The position numbers and the translations under genes were made by a program. From positions 1 through 64,000 of the forward strand of contig JBCCWC010000006.1 of the NCBI GenBank assembly GCA_039194325.1: 64,000 bases of DNA, given 5' to 3'. This DNA is from Myxococcota bacterium (GTDB taxonomy: Bacteria; Myxococcota_A; Polyangia; Nannocystales; Nannocystaceae). The first letter of the stretch is position 1. Each line of letters starts with the position of its first letter. Shown piece after piece: positions 60,752 to 64,000 of the stretch. The notes under the pieces are model-generated. The model saw nothing but the letters and a program-made list of their open reading frames with translations, had not been told where the DNA came from and searched no databases.

Positions 60752-61971
60752 TGCGCGTCATGTTGGTCAGCCAGGACTTCCCCCCCCACGTAGGCGGGAT
60801 CCAGACCTACTGCCTTGAGCTCGCCCGGCGTCTGGTCCGGTGGTGCGACGCCCTCGAGGTGGTCGCCCCGGCCGTCCCTGGCGCGCCGGTTCTCGACCGT
60901 ACTCTGCCCTTCCCCGTGCGACGCGTCCGCTCCTCGACCGATGCGTTAGTGGTTCGGGGGCTCCCCACCTTGTGGAGTCGAGCATGGCGCGGACGCTTCG
61001 ATGTGGCCTTTCATGCCCAGTGGACCACCGCGGCGGGCTCGCTGCTCGCCCGCGCTACGGGCCGCCCACGGCGGGTCTTCGTGGCCGCCCACGGTCGCGA
61101 GCTGCTGCTGCGTCCCGCCCAGCGCGTGCCGGCCGTCCAGCGCCTCTACGACGCCGCTCGTCGTCGGGTGCTTCATCGCGCCGACGGGATCTTCGCTGTC
61201 AGCCGCTACACTGCCGGTCTGGCGCGTGAGCTGGGCGTCGACCCAAGCAAGATCCACGTCGTCCCCAATGGGGTCGACGCTCAGCGCTTCGATCTGTCTG
61301 AGGCCGACCGCCGGATCGCGGCCTTCCGTCGCCGTCACGATCTGGTGGGCCGCCCCTTCTTTGCCACCGTTGCTCGCTTGATGCCGCACAAGGGCATCGA
61401 CACCGCGATCCGGGCCCTCCCTGCGCTACACCGCACGATCCCCGAGGCCACCTACGTGGTGGTCGGCGACGGCCCCGACGCCGAGCGTCTACAACACCTC
61501 GCCCGTCGCCTCGGGGTGAGCGACGCCGTGCGCTTCCTGGGCCGAGTCTCCGACGCCGAGGTCGTCGATGCCCTGCTCGCCTGCGATGCCTTCGCCCTGC
61601 TCTCCCGCGAGTCGCGGCCCGACGTGGAGGGCTTTGGCCTCGTCTTGCTCGAGGCGGGTGCATGCGGGCGCCCCGTGCTCGGGGCCCATAGCGGAGGCAT
61701 TCCCGACGCGGTGGCCGATGGCGACTCGGGCCTGCTGGTCGCTCCCGAGGATCCTTCGGCCGCCGCCGCCGCCCTCGGCCGATTGCTCGGTGATCCCGCG
61801 CTCGCTTCACGCCTCGGGGAGGGTGGACGACACCGAGCCCGCGACGTACTCACCTGGGAGCGCGCCGCCCGGGCCATCTACGAGGCCATGCGCGCCTCGC
61901 TGTCCGAGTCCAGCGTCCCCCCTCCCGCCAGCGACGAGCGCTCCGACGCCGAGCCTTCGCTGCCGCAGTGA
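60751..61971 (+). CDS. GT4 glycosyltransferase (PimB-like)
   Basis: QDFPPHVGGIQTY, ARLMPHKGID, EGFGLVLLEA, SGGIPDAV; TGATG overlap. Confidence 0.92.
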   Translation: MRVMLVSQDFPPHVGGIQTYCLELARRLVRWCDALEVVAPAVPGAPVLDRTLPFPVRRVRSSTDALVVRGLPTLWSRAWRGRFDVAFHAQWTTAAGSLLARATGRPRRVFVAAHGRELLLRPAQRVPAVQRLYDAARRRVLHRADGIFAVSRYTAGLARELGVDPSKIHVVPNGVDAQRFDLSEADRRIAAFRRRHDLVGRPFFATVARLMPHKGIDTAIRALPALHRTIPEATYVVVGDGPDAERLQHLARRLGVSDAVRFLGRVSDAEVVDALLACDAFALLSRESRPDVEGFGLVLLEAGACGRPVLGAHSGGIPDAVADGDSGLLVAPEDPSAAAAALGRLLGDPALASRLGEGGRHRARDVLTWERAARAIYEAMRASLSESSVPPPASDERSDAEPSLPQ

Positions 61972-61983
61972 TCCGCAGCGCCC

Positions 61984-62775
61984 GTGCACCTCATCGACAT
62001 CGGCCTCAACCTCGCCCACCGCTCGTTCGACAGCGATCGAGCGCGTGTGCTCGAGCGAGCCCAGGATGCCGGCGTGATCCACATGGTGGTCACCGGCACC
62101 AGCCTCCCCGCCAGTCGTCGTGGCATCGAGCTGGCCCAAGCCCACCCTGGGCTGCTCTCGGCCACCGCCGGCGTCCACCCCCACGACGCCAAGCACTGGG
62201 ACCATGACTCGCCGGCCACCCTCCGGGCGCTGGCTGATCGTCCCCAGGTGCTCGCGATCGGCGAGTGCGGGCTCGACTTCGATCGAGATTTCTCTCCTCG
62301 CCCCGCTCAGCAGCGCTGCTTCGAGGAGCAACTGGAGATCGCCGCGGAGATCGGCCTGCCCGTGTTCCTCCACGAGCGCCGCGCTCACGCCCGCTTTGCG
62401 GAGATCCTGGCCGTATACCGGCCTCGGCTGTGCGACGTGGTCGTGCATTGCTTCACCGGCCGTCGATCCGAGCTTCGTCGCTACCTCGATCTCGACGCCC
62501 ACATCGGAATCACCGGCTGGATCTGCGACGAGCGGCGGGGCCAGGAGCTCCGGGGCATCGTGGCCGAGATCCCCGCCGAGCGCCTGATGATCGAGACCGA
62601 CGCGCCCTTCCTCACGCCTCGCGACCTGCGACCCAAGCCGCCGCGACGCAACGAGCCCGCCTTCTTGCCGCACGTTCTGCGTGCGGTCGCGCGGTGCCGC
62701 GGCGACGAGCCCGAGGCGCTGGCCGGGGCGGTGATGACGACCACGTGCCGATTCTTCGGGCTGAAGCTACGGTGA
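61984..62775 (+). CDS. tatD: TatD family DNase
   Basis: DIGLNL, AGVHPH, IGECGLDF, FLHER, VHCFTG, ETDAPF, RNEP. Confidence 0.93.
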   Translation: MHLIDIGLNLAHRSFDSDRARVLERAQDAGVIHMVVTGTSLPASRRGIELAQAHPGLLSATAGVHPHDAKHWDHDSPATLRALADRPQVLAIGECGLDFDRDFSPRPAQQRCFEEQLEIAAEIGLPVFLHERRAHARFAEILAVYRPRLCDVVVHCFTGRRSELRRYLDLDAHIGITGWICDERRGQELRGIVAEIPAERLMIETDAPFLTPRDLRPKPPRRNEPAFLPHVLRAVARCRGDEPEALAGAVMTTTCRFFGLKLR

Positions 62776-63122
62776 CTTTCTCCTCGCCCTGTCCAGGATC
62801 GCGGCTAGATTTCCCACGATCTGGGTTCCCTACGATCTGGCAAGATCCCAGACTCCAGCGACGAGGAGCACCCAATGATCGCCCTGCCCCCTGATGTGTG
62901 GATCATGACGAGCGACGGACAGCCGCCGTGCTTGTGTCTCGACCACCGGTCTGCTCAGCCACTTCGGCTCGCATCGATCACCAGCGCGCTCCGACGTACG
63001 ATTTCGAGCTATCGATTTCGGGCTCTATCATCCCTTATGATGCTGAATTTCGCATTTTCGATCGTCTCAGCCTGCTGAGACGTGCACCTCGCATAATGAG
63101 CTCGACGATGGGGGTCGTGCGA

Positions 63123-63731
63123 ATGGAGCGCAAGGAATTCGTCGACGTCGGCTTTCCCGCCCGAGGGTGCACGCTGCCCGTCGATCATGGGTATCTCCTG
63201 TTCAGCGCGCTGTGCCACCTGATCCCCCGGTTGCGAGACGAACCCGAGTGGGGGGTACACCCGGTGCTCGGTCGGCCGATCGGCTCGACGCACCTCGAGC
63301 TATTCCAGCATTCCCTGGTGCAGCTGCGCGTGCCGACCAACCACGTCGGCTACGTCACCGAGCTCGGGTCGCAGTCTGTACGCGTGGGTCGGCACCTGCT
63401 CAAGCTTGGGGTGCCCAGCGTCTACCCGCTGCAGCCGGCCCGAAACCTGAGGTCGCGCTGCGTCACGGTGCACGGTCACGAAGAGCCCGAGCGATTCGAG
63501 CATGCCTTGCGCCGTGAGCTCTTGAGTCTGCCTGGCCTACCCGACGTCACCGACATCGAGATCCACGTGAGTGAGCGTTGCTACGTACGCACGCGCTCTC
63601 ACGTCGTTCCCGGCTTCGAGGTCACGCTGAGCAACATCGAGCCCGAGACCTCGCTGTGTATACAGGCCCACGGCGTGGGCGGGCGTCGCTATCTGGGGCT
63701 GGGGTTGTTCATGCCTCATCGCCCTGGCTGA
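63123..63731 (+). CDS. cas6: CRISPR-associated endoribonuclease Cas6 (type I-MYXAN / Cmx6-like), orphan
   Basis: VDVGFP...LPVDHGYLLFSAL, LRSRCVT, C-terminal Gly-rich loop QAHGVGGRRYLGLGLFMP. Start could be 63096. Confidence 0.85.
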   Translation: MERKEFVDVGFPARGCTLPVDHGYLLFSALCHLIPRLRDEPEWGVHPVLGRPIGSTHLELFQHSLVQLRVPTNHVGYVTELGSQSVRVGRHLLKLGVPSVYPLQPARNLRSRCVTVHGHEEPERFEHALRRELLSLPGLPDVTDIEIHVSERCYVRTRSHVVPGFEVTLSNIEPETSLCIQAHGVGGRRYLGLGLFMPHRPG

Positions 63732-63831
63732 GGGAGCCTCGTGTCCCGCCCAGCCGCGTCCTGCCCAGCCGCCCAGGCGGCGATAGCTCGCGATCCGTTG
63801 ACCTTCGCCAGCGGAGCCGTAGGTTCCGGTC

Positions 63832-64000
63832 ATGACCTTCCCGCCCGTCACCGCTCCTCGCGTCGCCATCATCGGGGGTGGCCTCGCCGGGTTGACCTGC
63901 GCCCGCGTCCTACACCACCACGGCGTCGACGCGCAGATCTTCGACAAGGCCCGTAAGCCCGGCGGTCGGCTCTCCACCCGACACACCGATCGGGGCCTGA
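63832..64000 (+). CDS. FAD/NAD(P)-dependent oxidoreductase (renalase-like), 5' part only
   Basis: RVAIIGGGLAGLTCA...FDKARKPGGRLSTR; runs off the window end. Confidence 0.85.
   Translation, partial: MTFPPVTAPRVAIIGGGLAGLTCARVLHHHGVDAQIFDKARKPGGRLSTRHTDRGL

Noticed and set aside
62776..63122. CRISPR array or leader upstream of cas6
   Set aside because: Only short imperfect duplications (ACGATCTGG, CGATTTCG); no regularly spaced repeats of 28-37 bp.
61984..63731. tatD-cas6 functional module
   Set aside because: tatD is tied to the upstream GT operon and separated from cas6 by about 350 bp with its own promoter-like elements.

Overview
High-GC chromosomal window with strong myxobacterial signatures: a MYXO-CTERM protein, a type I-MYXAN-like Cas6, Uma2 paralogues, an FHA-PilZ protein and many Cys-rich lipoproteins. 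A Nannocystaceae-like origin is an inference. About 50 CDS are supportable. Housekeeping-type genes (lhr, ftsW, a MenA-like prenyltransferase, YyaL/DUF255, tatD) are mixed with accessory cassettes. No rRNA, tRNA, transposase, integrase or CRISPR array was recognised. The main leads are: (1) a lower-GC three-gene unit of a DUF3696-type ABC ATPase, a TOPRIM-like protein and a DUF262 protein, resembling a hybrid of PARIS-like and Menshen-like anti-phage modules; (2) a tightly linked pair of a small membrane protein with TSP3 repeats and a 1021-aa KAP-like P-loop NTPase; (3) an apparently intact orphan Cas6; (4) a lone BciA/DVR-like 8-vinyl reductase with no other chlorophyll genes nearby; (5) an AraC-SDR cassette bracketed by a 127-bp duplication of the coq4-like 3' end; (6) a terpene synthase with two non-canonical motifs. 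Several operator palindromes and gene remnants are also visible. All family calls come from motif recognition by eye, and no database searches were run.
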